NCBI GenBank assembly: GCA_028534125.1
Contig: CM052817.1
Location: 76,262,001-76,326,000, forward strand
Direction: 5' to 3'
DNA: 64,000 bases
Source: Lama glama
Lineage: Eukaryota
Shown here: one piece after another, positions 13,973 to 30,275 of the stretch
Position numbering within the stretch: the stretch's first letter is position 1
Layout: the number at the start of each line of letters is the position of its first letter
Position numbers and translations under genes: made by a program
Notes under the pieces: model-generated
The model's database searches: none
What the model saw: only the letters and a program-made list of their open reading frames with translations
What the model was told of the DNA's origin: nothing

Positions 13973-15199
13973 TTGAGATGTACTTTTGAATAATTGCCAG
14001 CAAAATATTTTTTGAAGAAAACACTCTAAATTCATCCTAGAAAGTCTACAACTATAGACTTCTTAGAGAATAAAGTTTTGCAAGCACTGAAGCAAATAAA
14101 TCACAGCAGAGTATTCAAATTCAGGAAATTCGAATATCAGATATATCTTACGACTTTTGTAACATTTGTTGCTTAATTGGTTATTTGGCCTTTCCCAGGG
14201 TTAACTAATGCCTGTTTTAATAAAACCTTGAATAATGATAATGGAAACTTGTTTCCATGCGATCCGATTTTGACAGAAACCAAATTGTCACACTGAGATT
14301 TACTGTAGCATGAGTTTTTCAGAATGTAATTTTAAAAGGGAGAGGCTTAGCAATTTGTATTGTGCTGAATTTCATTTGCAGTGTTGCTTTCATAATTTAC
14401 TTGGCATACGTTTATTTTCTGAAACACTTATTGAACTCATGAATGGCTGAGATGTACCCAGCATCCTTCCTCTTTTTCCTCAGTAAACTTCCTACTTCTT
14501 GTGAACCCCTATTTTACACGAAAGGGACTTTGCCTTCTTGTGCAGGTAAAACATATAACCTAATTTAACCAATCAGCTGAGTAAACCCCTTTACCAACTA
14601 AAGTAACACTCAGTGTTTCAGGAATTTTAGAAATCAGGTTTCCTCTCTTCCTTTCTACCACGTATATGGTGTACAGACATCAAGCCTAAAACATCTGTGG
14701 TCATCTCCTGCCAAGTGGAAAGTCAATCTGAGGGGGACAGAGCCCAGCAAATCCCGGGGAAATCAATCTGAACCCTAATCATATTTAATGTCAATCCCAA
14801 TTTAATGCTTGGCATTATCAATCACATGAGGAAACACTTTTCTTCCAATTATTGGCCACTTTGAGACAAGCCTGCATTTATTGGCAAATGAATTATGTAT
14901 GTAATGGATAAGAAACCTTTATCAGAAGTGGAGTTACAAGTAACAGGGGAGAATTCTTTAAAAATGAGGAAGACCACTCTCCTCTGTTATGACGAGTTGA
15001 AAATCTTTGTTTTACAATTGCACAGTGGTTGGTTAAAGTGGAGTTATTGTACTTTGGATCTAGAGCATATGGTAATAAAACTATAGTGTTAGGCAACTGA
15101 GAAAAAATGATTAGTAGGATGATAGATTATATCTCTCAAAGAAGAAAGAACAGTAAAGAACGTTTTGCCAAGAATGGCTCCTCTGTCTTTGGTCTGCAA

Positions 15200-16524
15200 T
15201 ACACCTATACTAAGTTTAATTTGCAGGGACCTCCATAATTGAAAAAGCTGAATTACTTACAAGCCAAACAGAATGTTATTAAAAGCAGAGAGATACAAGA
15301 CATAATAGAAGAAACTACAGGGGAATAAGGACTACTTGGCCTCATCGTAGCACATTTTTAAAGCACTGTCTCCTGAAAAATAATATAAGCACGCACATTA
15401 TGGAAATAAAATCAAACTGTAGGTTGAGGAAAGAAAATAAATATGATAAATATTCACCCACTGCAGCCATTTTTTCTATTGGCTTATGTAAAGTTACAAC
15501 ATATATATGTATCTCCAAAATTTGTCTCATACAGATAAATGTTTCCCAATTAAAGATGGAAGCAAAGCTATAATTATAACATTATTTTGAAAAGCCTTTC
15601 ATAAGAATATGATTTTAAAAATTTTTTAAGGTTAGTGCATTAAATGTTTTTCATATGTAATCAGCTGACATTCTTTATAGATATAAATCAAGTAAGCATT
15701 ATTTTTCAAAATGATTTACAGGTTAAACAATATTCTTCTAAGATGCTGCAGATACCAAACTTATAACAAACCTCATTAAGAATAATTTTCATAAACATAT
15801 CAGAAAAAGCTATTTAAGTCTGATTTCCTTTTTTACATTATTTAATTTTCTGATTTCCAGTTTACAAGTGTCTAAAATGGACAAGCATGAAGTTTACCTC
15901 TCAGTAATAATTTTATATTAATTCAAGATACTTTGATATATAGCAATAAGTCTCCACATGTTAACCATTAGTATCTTGGTTTTTTAGTGGGATGTAATAC
16001 TAACAACATCTACTTATAAATATTATTATTTTGGTGGTTTTCAAATCTTTTCTACAGTTGTAAATTCAAAAAAATTCTAAGAATTAGAGAATACTGAAAA
16101 TTTAATGATGTTGATTTTCACCTTCGTATTATTTCTATTTTATCCTGGAAGAGAACATTAAAAATATGTCATTCCCATAACAGACCACCTTGCTAATGCT
16201 ATAAAAGATTGGCGGGAGCAAGAACTATGCAGAATTTTGTAGTTATCTCTACAAATCATTAGGAAAACATTCAAAGGTAAAAAAAGAAAAATATCGTGGT
16301 GAACCTAAACCATTTTGTTGATAGTCTAAACCAAAAATTTTCCCACTGGTAATAATCATCTTCCCCTCAAAGGTCTTTATAAAAAATTCACTACATAGTA
16401 CAAAAGGAAAAATCAAAGAAAGCACAAACTGTTTTCAAGAACAGAAAAGTCTCCAGCAAAGAAAGGTAATTTATAGAAAAGAGGAGTCTTCTTTGGAGAC
16501 ACAAATCAATGAACTTGTTTATCA
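15200..16524 (-). other. Probable AU-rich 3' UTR of the TRAM1L1 retrogene (distal boundary uncertain)
   Basis: Sequence with no repeat I recognise, AT-rich, directly after the TAA TGA TAA stop cluster (16527-16519). Candidate ATTAAA signals on the minus strand at 15846-15841 and 15220-15215. Confidence 0.4.
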
Positions 16525-17990
<1,466 letters not shown>

Positions 17991-19334
17991 CCTTAGTCAT
18001 CAGGACAAAGCGGGACAATTCTGGTTGTTCTTCATTTAGTTAGTATGTCACAAAATGATCACAGTCATATTGTCTGTGCCTCTAAGAAAACTGATTAATT
18101 CTGTATTTGACATTATGATTATTTTTCAAAAAGGAGATAGAATAAACTCAACACGTCCCACCAGGCACCGCTCTTCTCTTTGACTATTTCCTCCCTCCCA
18201 ACTGCCCTCAAGTTTGATTTTGTTCCTCATTTCTTCACACCCTCATTTTGGCACCTCTATTTATAATTCTTCCCTGATTTAGTTAACCTCATAAATTGAG
18301 TTGTCAGAGGCAAGAACTGAGTAACAGCTAGGAAAACCGAATAAAATACTGTGTAGCTGATCCTTTAAAAAAAAAGTGAACCCTCCAATAAGGAATTCCT
18401 CAAGAAATAGAGAATTCTTACTAGAGAAGAATATGTGGTTGCTTTCCTTAACACCAGAACACTTTCTACAACAAACTCCGTACACAATTGTTTCGATTTT
18501 TTAGGAAATGCAGGAACACTGTCTATCGATCAGAGTATTTCGTTCAACATCTTAAAAGTAATTACCCAGTTCAGACTGCATCTTTTGTCAGTGCAAAGAG
18601 CACAGAGAAACGGTGATAAAAGGCAACTAGATATTCTAAATTTAATGTGGGCTTTGCTCCTTAAATTATGCAGCATTTCTTCTTCTGAAATACAAATTTC
18701 AAAGTTCAAACCTTAACTCTAGCAGGAATGATTATGGTCCCATGCAACACAGAACAGGAAAATTGCTCTGCCTTCAAAGAGAAATCTGAAGACTGATATA
18801 GAACTTTGAAATGAGATAATCAACATTTACAAAAGGAGCTATTTTTGTGATGTGAATGTTAGCAAAATTTTTTGCAAAAACTATAATAATGAAACTGGAG
18901 TTTCTTATCTACTAAAGTGAGGAAATTCAGTTGTGGGATCTGCAACCAAAAACATTTCCATGAATGGATAGTTTTCCCCTTCCAACCATCTTTTAACATG
19001 CAATAAATACATCTTTTAACATGCAATAAATACATTTTATATGAATAATAGTGTATGTATTTGAATTTTAGTTTCATTTCACATTAACATCATCATAAAA
19101 ATATGTCAAATTTCTGAAATTATTGGAATCTGTAATGGTATTGTAGTAATATACAACATGCTGTTTGCGTTCAGTAGATTTAATGGCACTATTTGACAAA
19201 GGATAAAATGTATATAATATGTTAAAATTTTGACTACTACTATGATTATTATATCATTTAATATATGGTGGGATTCTTTATTTATGCACAGACTTATGCC
19301 TCTGGTACAAATAAGTATTAGATTCAAATGGGGA

Positions 19335-20065
19335 TTTCTGTTTTTGGCCATGAGGTAGTAACTGCAATTGGACTTCTACTCCTACTGTAAATAACTGAAA
19401 AACTAGACAAATTATATGAAGTAACTTCTGTTTTCTAGATATTGGAAAACAAGAAAGAAGGGAGACAGGTGAGGAGAGCCCCACGATTGCCCCAAGTTTT
19501 TGCCTGGATGCACTTTCTAGTCCACTGTGCACAGGGTGGGGAACCCAAGAAGAGCCTAGAGGTCTTGCTGAATTGAGGTGAGACAGGAGGAGTCAGGAGA
19601 AGCTGAGGCCACTGAAGCTTGCTAGGCTGAGTAATTTTGCAGAAAACGTTAGGTGATTAGAGTGCTTTAGCAATTTGCATGAACGTGCCCTAGAGTTGCC
19701 TCTAATATGAAGTATTGCATGCATAGGGTTAGATTACATGAGGCCAAGCAATGAACAATAGGAGAAATCTAAATTCGAAATTTCCAAGAATTCAGACAGG
19801 ACTAGGAGACTTGGAAGTTTGGAAAAGTCAGAAGGTAGAATCCTCTCAGAGCACTTGTGAGACTCTATGCTCAATAGATATTTAAGAAGAGTCACAGTCA
19901 ATAGTAAGGCTGAACTTGCCCTAGGGAAAAAGCTAATTCATGCCTGCCCACACAGTTTTCAAGAAGCCTTTAAAGGATCAAGTTGCTGTGCAAGGAACTT
20001 TGCTGCCTGCCAGAAAAATCCACACCTCAACAATATGAAATTCACATTGTCTAGCATCTAGTAAA
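19335..20065 (+). mobile_element. Old L1M 5'-region fragment
   Basis: ttctgtttttggccatga...aactgaaaaactagacaaattatatgaa...aaattcacattgtctagcatc motifs typical of ancient L1M 5' ends. Confidence 0.5.
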
Positions 20066-20069
20066 CTGT

Positions 20070-20333
20070 GAAGCAAAGGCTATGTTCAGCTGGGACTGTC
20101 TATCAAGAATGCCTGCATGTGGCCTCTCTGTGACGTGTTGGCAATGACACAGAACAGTGGCTATGGGCTCTTACAACCTAGTTTTCTAGTGAAAAAAGGC
20201 AGAAACTTTATGGCCTTTTATGACCCAGCAGTGGAGATACATCATATACTTTTCATTGTCAGAGCAGGTACTTTAACTTCAAGGTGGAGCAAAGTGCGGT
20301 GGGGGAGGGTGGGGAACACAGATATCACCTCTC
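20070..20333 (-). mobile_element. Old MaLR (MLT1-type) LTR fragment, interrupted by L1 and resuming near 21303
   Basis: cagctgggactgtc...catgtggcctctc...ggccttttatgacccagc motifs. Confidence 0.55.
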
Positions 20334-21302
20334 TTTTTTTTTTTTTAATTGAAGTATAGTCAGTTTACACTCTTGTGTCAGTTTCTGGTGTACAGCATAA
20401 TATTTCAGCCATACATATACATACATATATTCGTTTTTTGTTCTCTTTCATTATAGGTTACTACAAGATGTTGAATATAGTTCCCTGTGCTATACAGAAG
20501 AAATTTGTCCTTTATCTACTTTATATGTAGTAGTTAATATTTGCAAAACCCGAACTCCTAATTTATCCCTTCCCTGCCTCCGTTTCCCCCTGGTAACCAT
20601 AGATTTGTTTTCTATGTCTGTGAGTCTGTTTCTGTTTTATAAATAAGTTCATTTGTGTCTTTTATTTTTTAATATTCCACATATGATTGCTGTATTATGG
20701 TACTTTTCTTTCTCTTTCTGGCTTACTTCACTTAGAATGTATGATTTCCAGGTCCATCCATGTTGCTGTAAATGGCAGTATTTTATTCTTTTTTATGGCT
20801 GAGTAGTATTCCATTGTATAAATACACCACAACTTCTTTATCCAGTCATCTGTCGATGGCCATTTAGGATGTTTCCATATCTTGGCTATTGTAAATAGTG
20901 CTGCTGTGAACATTGGGGTTGCATGTATCTTGTTGAATTAGAATACCTTCTGGATATATGCCCAGGAGTGGGATTGCTAGATGATATGGTAAGTCTAATT
21001 TTAGTTTCTTGAGGAATCTCCATACTGTTTTCCATAATGGCTGCACCAAACTACATTCTCACCAACAGTGTAGGAGTGTTCACTTTTCACCCACACCCTG
21101 TTCACCATTTACCGCTGGTCGACTTTTTATGGCCATTCTGACTGGAGTGAGGTGATACATTACTGTAGTTTTGCATTTCTCTGATAATCAGCGTTATTGA
21201 GCATTTTTTCATGTGTCTATTGGCCATTTGTATGTCTTCTTTGGAGGACTGCTTGTTTAGGTCTTCTGCCTATTTTTGGATTGGGCTGTTTGGTTTTTTG
21301 TT
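20334..21302 (-). mobile_element. 5'-truncated L1 (ORF2 C-terminus plus 3' UTR)
   Basis: ORFs [21 protein letters not shown] and MFTAALFTIAKIWKHPKWPSTDDWIKKLW; polyT at the left end; TSD aga(t/c)atcacctct at 20320-20332 and 21303-21315. Confidence 0.92.
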
Positions 21303-21892
21303 AGACATCACCTCTTAATAAGAAGTGTACCAGGATATTTGTGGCTAAATTTTTTAAAGCCATATTCTTTCTTTTGACAGCAAATTTTCTTTCCTCTCAC
21401 ATGAAATATACACTGTATCCTTTCAATGCAAACAAAAGTCTCCTGCCAATACAGCAACAGGATTGAGTTCATTACCCAGGAATTTAAAAGTTAAATTAGA
21501 TCCAGGCACAGAAGGGCTCTCTAGGTCCTCTCCTTTGTTACACTTACTCTTCATTTGAAAACTTGTAATGGAAGGAAACAAGGTGTGTGGCTCCCACACA
21601 CTCAAGAAATAGGAAAAATGCAATAGACACTTTCATACAAGACATGGGCAAATGGGATGTATACAGCACTCAATGGACAATATAATTATGAGATTTATCT
21701 GGGAAAAGTCCCTAGGCTCTTCTATTTAAACTCTGTCTTCCTCCCTAGGAAATGGTGGAAGTTTTTTTTTTTTTTCGGTCCATTAAAATACAGACTAAAT
21801 ATTACAAATTATTTGTTTGTTATTTATTGGTTTGTGTATTTTAAAAGAGAAAAAAGCAAATAATGCTAATGTGTTAATATTAATCTCTGTGA

Positions 21893-22062
21893 ATAGGTAA
21901 ACAACAAGGACCTACTGTATAGCACAGGGAACTATATTCAATATTTTGTAATAACTTCTAATGAAAAAGAAGCTAAAAAAGAACATATGTATGTAACTGA
22001 ATCACTTTGCTGCACTCCTGAAACACTGTAAATCAACTATATGTCAATGAAAAATTTACAAA
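21893..22062 (+). mobile_element. Short L1 3' UTR fragment
   Basis: aaacaacaaggacctactgtatagcacagggaactatattcaata. Approximate TSD aatatt(a/c)atct(c/t)tgtga. Confidence 0.8.
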
Positions 22063-23169
22063 AATATTCATCTTTGTGATATAATAGTGGATTAGACAAT
22101 TAATTTGAATGTATCAATTATAGTACTATACTTCAAGGAATTAACATCCCATTAATGAATTTACAGTGGAACCAAGAGAGGAACAGAAGGATCAGTGTCT
22201 GAGTGTCCTGTCCAGAGGACTGCCATATATTGGGCAAAATATCTTTTAAAATGCCATATTGATTTTGTCATGAGAAACATTTGATTTAAAAAATCAATAG
22301 AACACTGTATTATAAATGAGGTACTATATATTAAATAAATACAAATAGTCATTTCCATTATCTATATGATATAACCTTTCCATGACTGTATTTTATAAAT
22401 TAATATTATTGTTTATATAAATAGCTTAGCCAAAAACCTCTTTTAAATGACTGATGCAGCTTTTTAAAATATAATTTCCCAAAAGAGTTAAATTGACATT
22501 GATTCTGACTTTGTTAAAATTGCAAAGTACATTAGGAACTTTGTGATACAGACAATGCCTCATCTTTTGATATTTTTCTATCTCACAATGAAAAAAATAT
22601 ATATTTGAATACTTCTACCATACCTATCTTTCGAGAATTTAAATTTGGATAATTCAGGTAATTGAATTGAACATTCAAATGCTAGAATTCAATAGCATTT
22701 GAAGGAGCAAGACATGTTGGAAGAGAACTACTTCAAAAGATCAAACGCAAGTCACTTTAAATCAATGTTTCTAATTAGCAGCCATAATTGACTGAGAGTA
22801 CCAAATATTTAACTCCATTAAACAAAACATAATATGATTTAGCTTGTGCATAAAATTACAAAGTCTCTTGAGATTTGACTGATTCAGACAGTCTTGAATA
22901 ATTCAATTAAAGAGGTGTTTTTATATTTAAGTCATTTTCATACTGGATAAGATATTAAAACATAAGCTTTAAAAAACTACAGTAAGCAATATGGTTGCAT
23001 ATTTAATGGAATAAGGAAAAACCTACACAAAACATTTCCAAATTCTACAATGCCTATTTACAAATATATATGTAAAAACAATATGAAGCATTGTCTAAGG
23101 ATAAACTCCTGGAATAGATTAATAGAAGTAGTCTCTCATTAAAATATAAGAATTGATAAAAATTAAAAT

Positions 23170-23760
23170 CCATATTCAGCCATTTATTTTGTCAAGTGCT
23201 ACATTTATTTGGCAAAATAAACCCTGTACCCACCCTCAGGGAGCTTGCATAATACTCAGGGAGAAAGGGAAGACAGAGATATTGTATAGATATATAATTT
23301 ATAGCTAGCTAGTGACAAAATGCTAGGAAGAAAAAGAGGGTAAGAGGATAAAGAATAAATGTGGATGATGATTTCAGAGCAGGGAGCAGGAGCTGCCTCT
23401 TTGAATAGGTGATATTTGAATAAAGATTTGCATGAAGTTAGAGAAAACTGCAAAAATATCCAAAGAAGAAGTTGCTAGGACCTAGCAAGTCCAAATACTC
23501 TGAGGCAAGATCAAGAATGATTCTTCCATGAATAGAGGCCAGGGTGACCAAGTGGAGTAAAGAAGAGGGATGGATGAGAGAGAGAAGAGAGATCAGGCCA
23601 GTAGGGGGCATAACACGTAAGGCCCAAGAGGCCTGGTAACGACGCTGAAGTTTGGTCTGAGACTGATGGGAAGACCCTTTGAGCAATGTTTTAAATGGGT
23701 CACTTTTGCTTCTGCGTGAACTGCTATCTGTGGAAGGGGCAAAAGTACAAAGATATCACA
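23170..23760 (-). mobile_element. L2 fragment
   Basis: Purine-rich L2-like sequence (ctcagggagcttgc...gaagtttggtc...gggaagaccctttgagcaatgttttaa). Confidence 0.6.
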
Positions 23761-25254
23761 GCAATTTGTAAACATTAGAATTGAACTACTATATTTCATT
23801 ACTCTTTTTGTTTTCCTTTTTTTTTTTTAATAATTAAGTTTGGGTACAACCTTTGATGTAACTAGACTGATGAGGAGTATTCTTATACTCCTAGTATTCT
23901 TCCCCGATGCACTTGGTTTTCTAATGTACATGACATAGAACATAACAGAAAAACCACCTTGTATGATTTTCTACACACAGAGGACAGAGTGACTGTGCTG
24001 AGATGATGGCCATTTGGTATCTGGTAGGAATGTTCTACTGAACTGTAGGCGTTTGCTTGATGATGTCTTCAAAAGACCTACTTCCTCTTTCATAGAATCA
24101 TTCCCTAATGATTTCTATGTGGTTTCTAAAATTCCTTAACTCTCTACGGATCTGTATATAAAATAAAAAGTTAAAGTTACATGGAAAGGAAATAGATGAT
24201 TACTTTAGAATCATTATATTTCAATGCTAATACAGATGGGTGATAGAATAGTATCTTAACTGTTTTATCAGCTTTCTGACCAGACTTAACTAACCTTCAG
24301 TAAACCATGCATACAAAGTATTTGTATAAAAATTATTTTAATATACTTGTTGTAAGTGCCATTAGTTTCTATTTCTGCAGGGAAGGGAGGATTATTATAA
24401 CTATTTAAAGCATGAACAGATTCTGTTTCAGGGTATAATGATGTAGACCTATCTACAGTCATAAAACGCAAGGGGAATTAAGTAATTTTTTGAAGGTGAA
24501 TATCCTTTGAAGTTCATTTTTCTTCTTTACACCTAATCTACTTGCATTTTGATCCATTAAACCATGCTTCAAAATATATGCTGTAGACTACTATTTATTT
24601 ATAGCTAGTTTTATGATTAATTTAGATACGCAAAGTCTAGTAATAAAGTACTTATTCTTAGTTATTTGTTTGAAAGTAAATACTAATTATTAGAAATATT
24701 CAAAATTACAATATAATTGCCCAAATAGTATTAGCAAATTGTAAGCAGACTGGCATTTTCTACTGTTCTTTCTCTTGATGAAAAGGACCGTTTCATTCAA
24801 TGAGAGGCTTATTAAGTTCAGCTCTTTCATTCTTCTGTTCAATACCTAGACTATTACTGAATTTCCCCACCTAAAAATTCTGCTATATAATGTAACAAAC
24901 ATTCATTTGGAAAAAGCCTTCTCATGCAAACTTCCCAAGGCAAGTAAGTGTAAACAATGAATTATATTACTAATGAACTTGGATGAAAAAAATATTTAAA
25001 TTTATTTACTCTGAGTTTTGAAAGTTTATTAAGTCATGATGTAAAAGTGATTCCTGTCCTCAGATCATATGGAAGAATTGGTTACACCTGATTTCTCCAC
25101 ACAAAATTCTCAGACATACTCCTCCAAGATTTAGATTTCTTAATTTCATGGATTTATTCTATACAGTGAACATGTAAGCGGGTAATTATCAGGCAAAACT
25201 ATGAGTAAGTGAGCCTTAGGGAAACATCAGTGCATTAATATAGTTCGAAGGGAA

Positions 25255-25495
25255 TGTGAGTTATCATTTATTGAGAGCTTACTCTGGCCTCCTACTCTTC
25301 TAAGTTCTTTGTATATAGTGAAGTTTATTTAGTCCCCGTAACAATCCCATCAGATAAGTACCAATTCCCCCACTTTAAAAGCGAGGAAACTGAGGCCATA
25401 AAGGAAAGCAAATTAAAACAATGAGAGAGCAAGTAACTAGATAGCAAAACAGGAACCCAACTTGGGCAATCTAACTCAGGATGGAGCATCCTGTT
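25255..25495 (-). mobile_element. MIR SINE
   Basis: catttattgagagcttact...aacaatcccat...gaggaaactgaggc core. Confidence 0.75.
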
Positions 25496-28464
25496 TTCAG
25501 GGTACCAGGCAGCTAGCCACTAACTCCATGAACAGAACATCATGTGGGAGAGGACGGGTGATGGGGTGTTAGTGGTTGGGACTATTTGGGATTAAGAGGC
25601 TTCAGGGTTGCTGGAGAGAAGGGAAGAACATTCTTGTCTCCAAGATCACCTGGAGCCCAAGCCAAATTGTGAGCAGAGATGGACTGTCTGTGTAGCATCC
25701 TCTTTGTGTGTGGTGTGAACATGGAGATAAAGCTGGAGGGAGAGGAGAGTGGGGAGGAGGCCGTTTTTCCTTGGACCCTAGTACCCAAATGGCTGGGATA
25801 AAGTGCAGGGAGAACTTGAACATCGTGATCACTCCACAGGCTTTGGCTGTTCCTTACTCACTGACTGCTCCAGGAACTGTCCCCATCCTGGGCACACTAA
25901 GTACTTAGATCACACTCTCGGCACGTTCAACTTCCTATAAGCCCCTCAAAGCAGTGCCTATTAACTTATAACTACTGACAACAACAAGTAATGTGGAATT
26001 GAATGTGGCTTCCTTAGAATTCATTCACTTATAAAATTTGAGAACAAGTTTATGACTTTTTATGGATTATATTAATCTAGTTTGTCCTGACAGGTATCAT
26101 GTATTTACATGAATAATGTTTCAATACTTTTAAATTAATGCATAAGTATGTATTTTGAACTTTTTTCACTTAAAACCTTAAATATTTTAAGTACTAAAAT
26201 GCCTTGACTTGTAGAATTTGTAGAATAAATTCTGAAGGAGCAAATAATCACGGGACCAGACTGCACCTCAACAGTGACAATGGTAGAATCCTTGATGAGA
26301 GGGAATGATTGGAAAAGACAGGTGCAAAACACAACGGTAACAGACAACCGAGAAAGTAGGTGAGCACAGCAGAAAGCCTGCATATCATTATCTCCTGAAT
26401 ATTCACCTGTGTCGCGGGGAAATGCTTTCCATCATCAAAAGTGGTATTTTCCTTTATGTTTAGTCACTTCAGTGACTCTCAACAATTTTTTAAAACAGAT
26501 CGATGGACTTTGTTTCATCAAAAGCGACAACTGGACAGCATTTCAGTTTTATTCATCTCTGTATCACATTGCATAGAATAATGTCTGGCACAAGGTCCTT
26601 ATTATATGTTGTTAAGTAAATTATTTAGAAATTGGTAACTTAAGTATGAGAAGAAAGAGATTTACAATTGAGTTTATAATGAAATATATGAATAAATAAG
26701 TGAAACTGATTGGCATTGTATCAGTTGCCAAAATAGGCAAGAACAGAATATGCTATGGTCAGTTACCATAATAGTATTTCTGTTACAGATTGGCTGGGAA
26801 ATTGGAAAGGAGCTCTTATGATCAAAACCTTTGCTTAATATATGAAACTTCTCCACACTCCTATGATAGATAGTGAGTTTTGTTTGAGTCACCTCCCAGA
26901 GGGGGAATTCATTACTTAAACCGGCAGCTCATTATATATCAGATGTTTAGGTGATTTTGAAGTTTCCTCCTACTGTGTCAAAATTATACTCCTAAAATAT
27001 GTATATTCTCCTATGTATTTTAATACATATTAATTGCATCATTAATAAAGACATTTGAATCAGTTGAATTCTGTTAAACTCTAATATTATAAAATTAGCA
27101 TTTCCTCAAGTTGGAATTTTTTAAAACACACTTTTAATGATGGAAAGATAATCTATAGTATGAATGTACAATTTCCAGATTATTTAGTACTTGTTTTTAT
27201 ATTTTCCATGATGATAAACAGTAATTAAAGCCACTATGTAGTTTTCCTGCCTGAATGATTCTTTTTCTTTTAAATGTTTATAAAATATTCCTAACATGCA
27301 AAAAAACCCTCAGATAATATAAAGAACATTTATGTTCCCACTGTGCAAATTAAAAAATTTTAACATGCTGAAATATTTGTTTGTGATCATTTTTTTTTTG
27401 TAGAAGCTATGACATTCTGGACTCAGTTTAAATCCTTTCTGCCATAATCAATGAAGAGGATTTTTTATAATTTTTAATGTTACATATATAATATCACATT
27501 ATTACACAATTTAATTTTGCTTTATTCAACATTTACAGAAAATAAAATCCCATCCAGTTTATTTTCATTTTTAACTAAGTGAACGTGGTAGGGAAGAAAC
27601 CACTGCTCTACAAAGACCACAGAAGTCAGGCAGAGCGATAACCAATGTGGTTGTGCCCAGCAGACTACAACTTTCAGGTCTTCTTCCTGACTGTTGGCCC
27701 CACTGACCAACCCCTAAGCATTTCACTGCCGTTTTCTTAGAGATGGCAGCTTCTGCACATCCCTCCATGATTTTTTCTCTATGATCTCTCTTTGATGGTC
27801 AGACACACAAAGAATCTAGAATTTTCTTACCAACTCCTACCAGCCATCTTTCCCAAACTCTTCAGCCTGTCATGGTTGCTGACTTTCTCTGATCTTCCAA
27901 AATCTCTAGACCTTCCCTTCCCCAGCTCCTACATTTATGTAAGCTCTAATTTCTGTTGTAAATCATTTGTTCCCATAAAACATGTATTTGCTATTTTCCT
28001 GTATAAACAGACTAGTACACCAATTATGGCTGAATACATATCATCTATGGATGTGCTTTTCTATATCATCCCGTCATGGTTGCTATCAATAAGAATAAAC
28101 ATGTTAAACATATTTTTTGCAATCAACTGTAAGGAAAAAAATCAAGTTTTCACTGAAATTACAATGCAGATAAACACATTAAAATTTAATTTTAGTAAGC
28201 CTAAAATGATTAGAAGGCAGCAAATTTCATAGCATCTTTTGCCTTTCTTCTACTAGAAGTATCTCATTCAATGATTTTATGATGCTAATATCATTATCTT
28301 GCAGAATATATATCCATTATGTAGATATATAATCACAGATACTGGTCAAACTGCTAATCTGACACATCACTGAACTTTGCTGAATCATGAAAAATAAAGT
28401 TAAATAAGATAAAAGTTGTCCAACAGTGGTCTTTCTTAAGTAACTGAAACACTGATCTTTAAAA

Positions 28465-28775
28465 AATCAAATGTCTTTTAAATGGATGTATAATTCACAT
28501 AACATAAAATCCACTCTTTTAAAATATTCAATTCAGTGAATTTTAGTATATTCATAGAGATGTGAAACCATCCCCACTAACAAATCTTAGAATATTTTTA
28601 TCACCTTCCCCACAAAAAGCCCATAATCTATAGCAGTCACTCATCACTTTCTCCTCGCCAACCCCTATAGCCATTAGTCATTAGCCTACTTTGTCCCTGT
28701 GGAATTGTCTATTCTTAACATTTCATAAAAAGGGAATCATTCATTATGTGGCCTTTTGTGTCTGTCTCCTTTCAA
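28465..28775 (-). mobile_element. Old L1 (L1MB/ME-like) 3' end
   Basis: tataattcacataacataaaatccactcttttaaa...attcagtgaattttagtatattca...gaatcattcattatgtggccttttgtg. Confidence 0.7.
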
Positions 28776-29119
28776 AAACAACCCAATACACATTGAAAAT
28801 ATTTTGTACTAGAACAATTAGTTTCTAGACTTAACTGGGAAAAATAAAATAAAATGAAAGATTTTTGTCACTGTAAACATAGTTATATCCTGAGTTGCTG
28901 CATTTTAGTATTTAGTTGTCTTAATGGCAAAAGAAGGAAAATAATCCAATAATTTTCCTCAACACGTGTAGATTGGACATAAAATCATATAAATTGGACC
29001 ATGGTTCAAAATAGGGATAAAGTAGCAGCAGAGTAGTAGGGATTTAGGAGCTTTGCCTTTGAAAGTAAAATCCCAGATACTAACATGTCTATACTTATAC
29101 TGATGCTATGATCACTGGG

Positions 29120-29440
29120 TGTGGTTGATTGTAAAAATGGTCCCTGATGTTTGAGTCTTTCCCATCAGGAAGCAGTGTTGACTTCTCCAGTCCTTGACGT
29201 CGGGCTGGCCTTGCAATCTGCTTTGTGCATAGAATGCAGTGACAAGGGTGCTGTACAAATTCTGATCCTGGACCACAAGAGGATTTGTAGGCTCTCTTCT
29301 CTTTCTTTGAAAATACCCATGGCTCATGTGAATAAGCCTGAGCCAGCCTACTACAGGAGGGGTGCTCAATGGAGGGAAGCACCCCAGCTGACAGTCAGGC
29401 AGCCCCCACCCAATATGACCATTGAGTGAAGATGCATGAG
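29120..29440 (+). mobile_element. MaLR (MLT1F/G-like) LTR fragment
   Basis: tgtggttgattgtaaaaatggtccc...cccatcaggaagcagtg...gggctggccttg...catgtgaataagcctgagccagcc. Confidence 0.6.
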
Positions 29441-30275
29441 AGTGGCCATTATTTGGTCATTTCAACATCTTTGTATAGGTATCTTAGTGGACATGGAAAT
29501 GCATCTAGGAATGGAAATGTTAAGATTCAAGATAATATATATGTTCAATATTATTAGATAATACCAAACTGTTTTCTAAAGTGGTTGCAATAAAGGACAG
29601 TTACTTTGCTTACATTTTCACCAGTAGTTGGTATGGTCAGATATTTTAAATTGTAGCCATTCTTTGGGGCTGTCTAGTGATATCTCACTGCCATTTTTAC
29701 CTTGTTACCTCACATAAGAACTGGTTTAATTCATTGGAATACAGTGTCTAGAAACCCTTAGAAACACCAGCATTGTATTATCACATCCTGTAAGTTTTAG
29801 TATTTACCTCATTTAGTGATCTTTCCATATTCTTACTTTTAGTGTTGGAGATCATATAAAGATTCATTTCAGTTTACAGTCTTCTGTGATGACCATAACT
29901 GAAGTCACAAAAGCTGCATACACACACGTTCACAGGCACACAGGTACATGCCTACACACATACACAGCATACACTCATAAATATGTTCTAATAGTAGAGT
30001 CATTATACTTTTACCTATTTGTTCCCCTATTCAAATGGATGTATTGAATCTTTTTCTGCCAGATATTCTATAAGCCAGAGATAGTTTTTCACCTCTTGTC
30101 CACTGAGGTTATAATCAAAGCATAATAAACACTCTTGCTCTCATGTAATAAAGCAAAATAGTATAAGAAATGAAACAGACCAGGTCAAAGAATGAGCTAA
30201 GAGATTGGAGAAGAGTGTTTCTGATATAAATGATATTTCTCCTGGGAGCTAACTGAAAGATTGATGTTATCCATT

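Noticed and set aside
27792..28232. 146-aa ORF (also the 137-aa ORF at 5498-5911)
   Set aside because: AT-rich low-information composition with no recognisable domain; consistent with chance.
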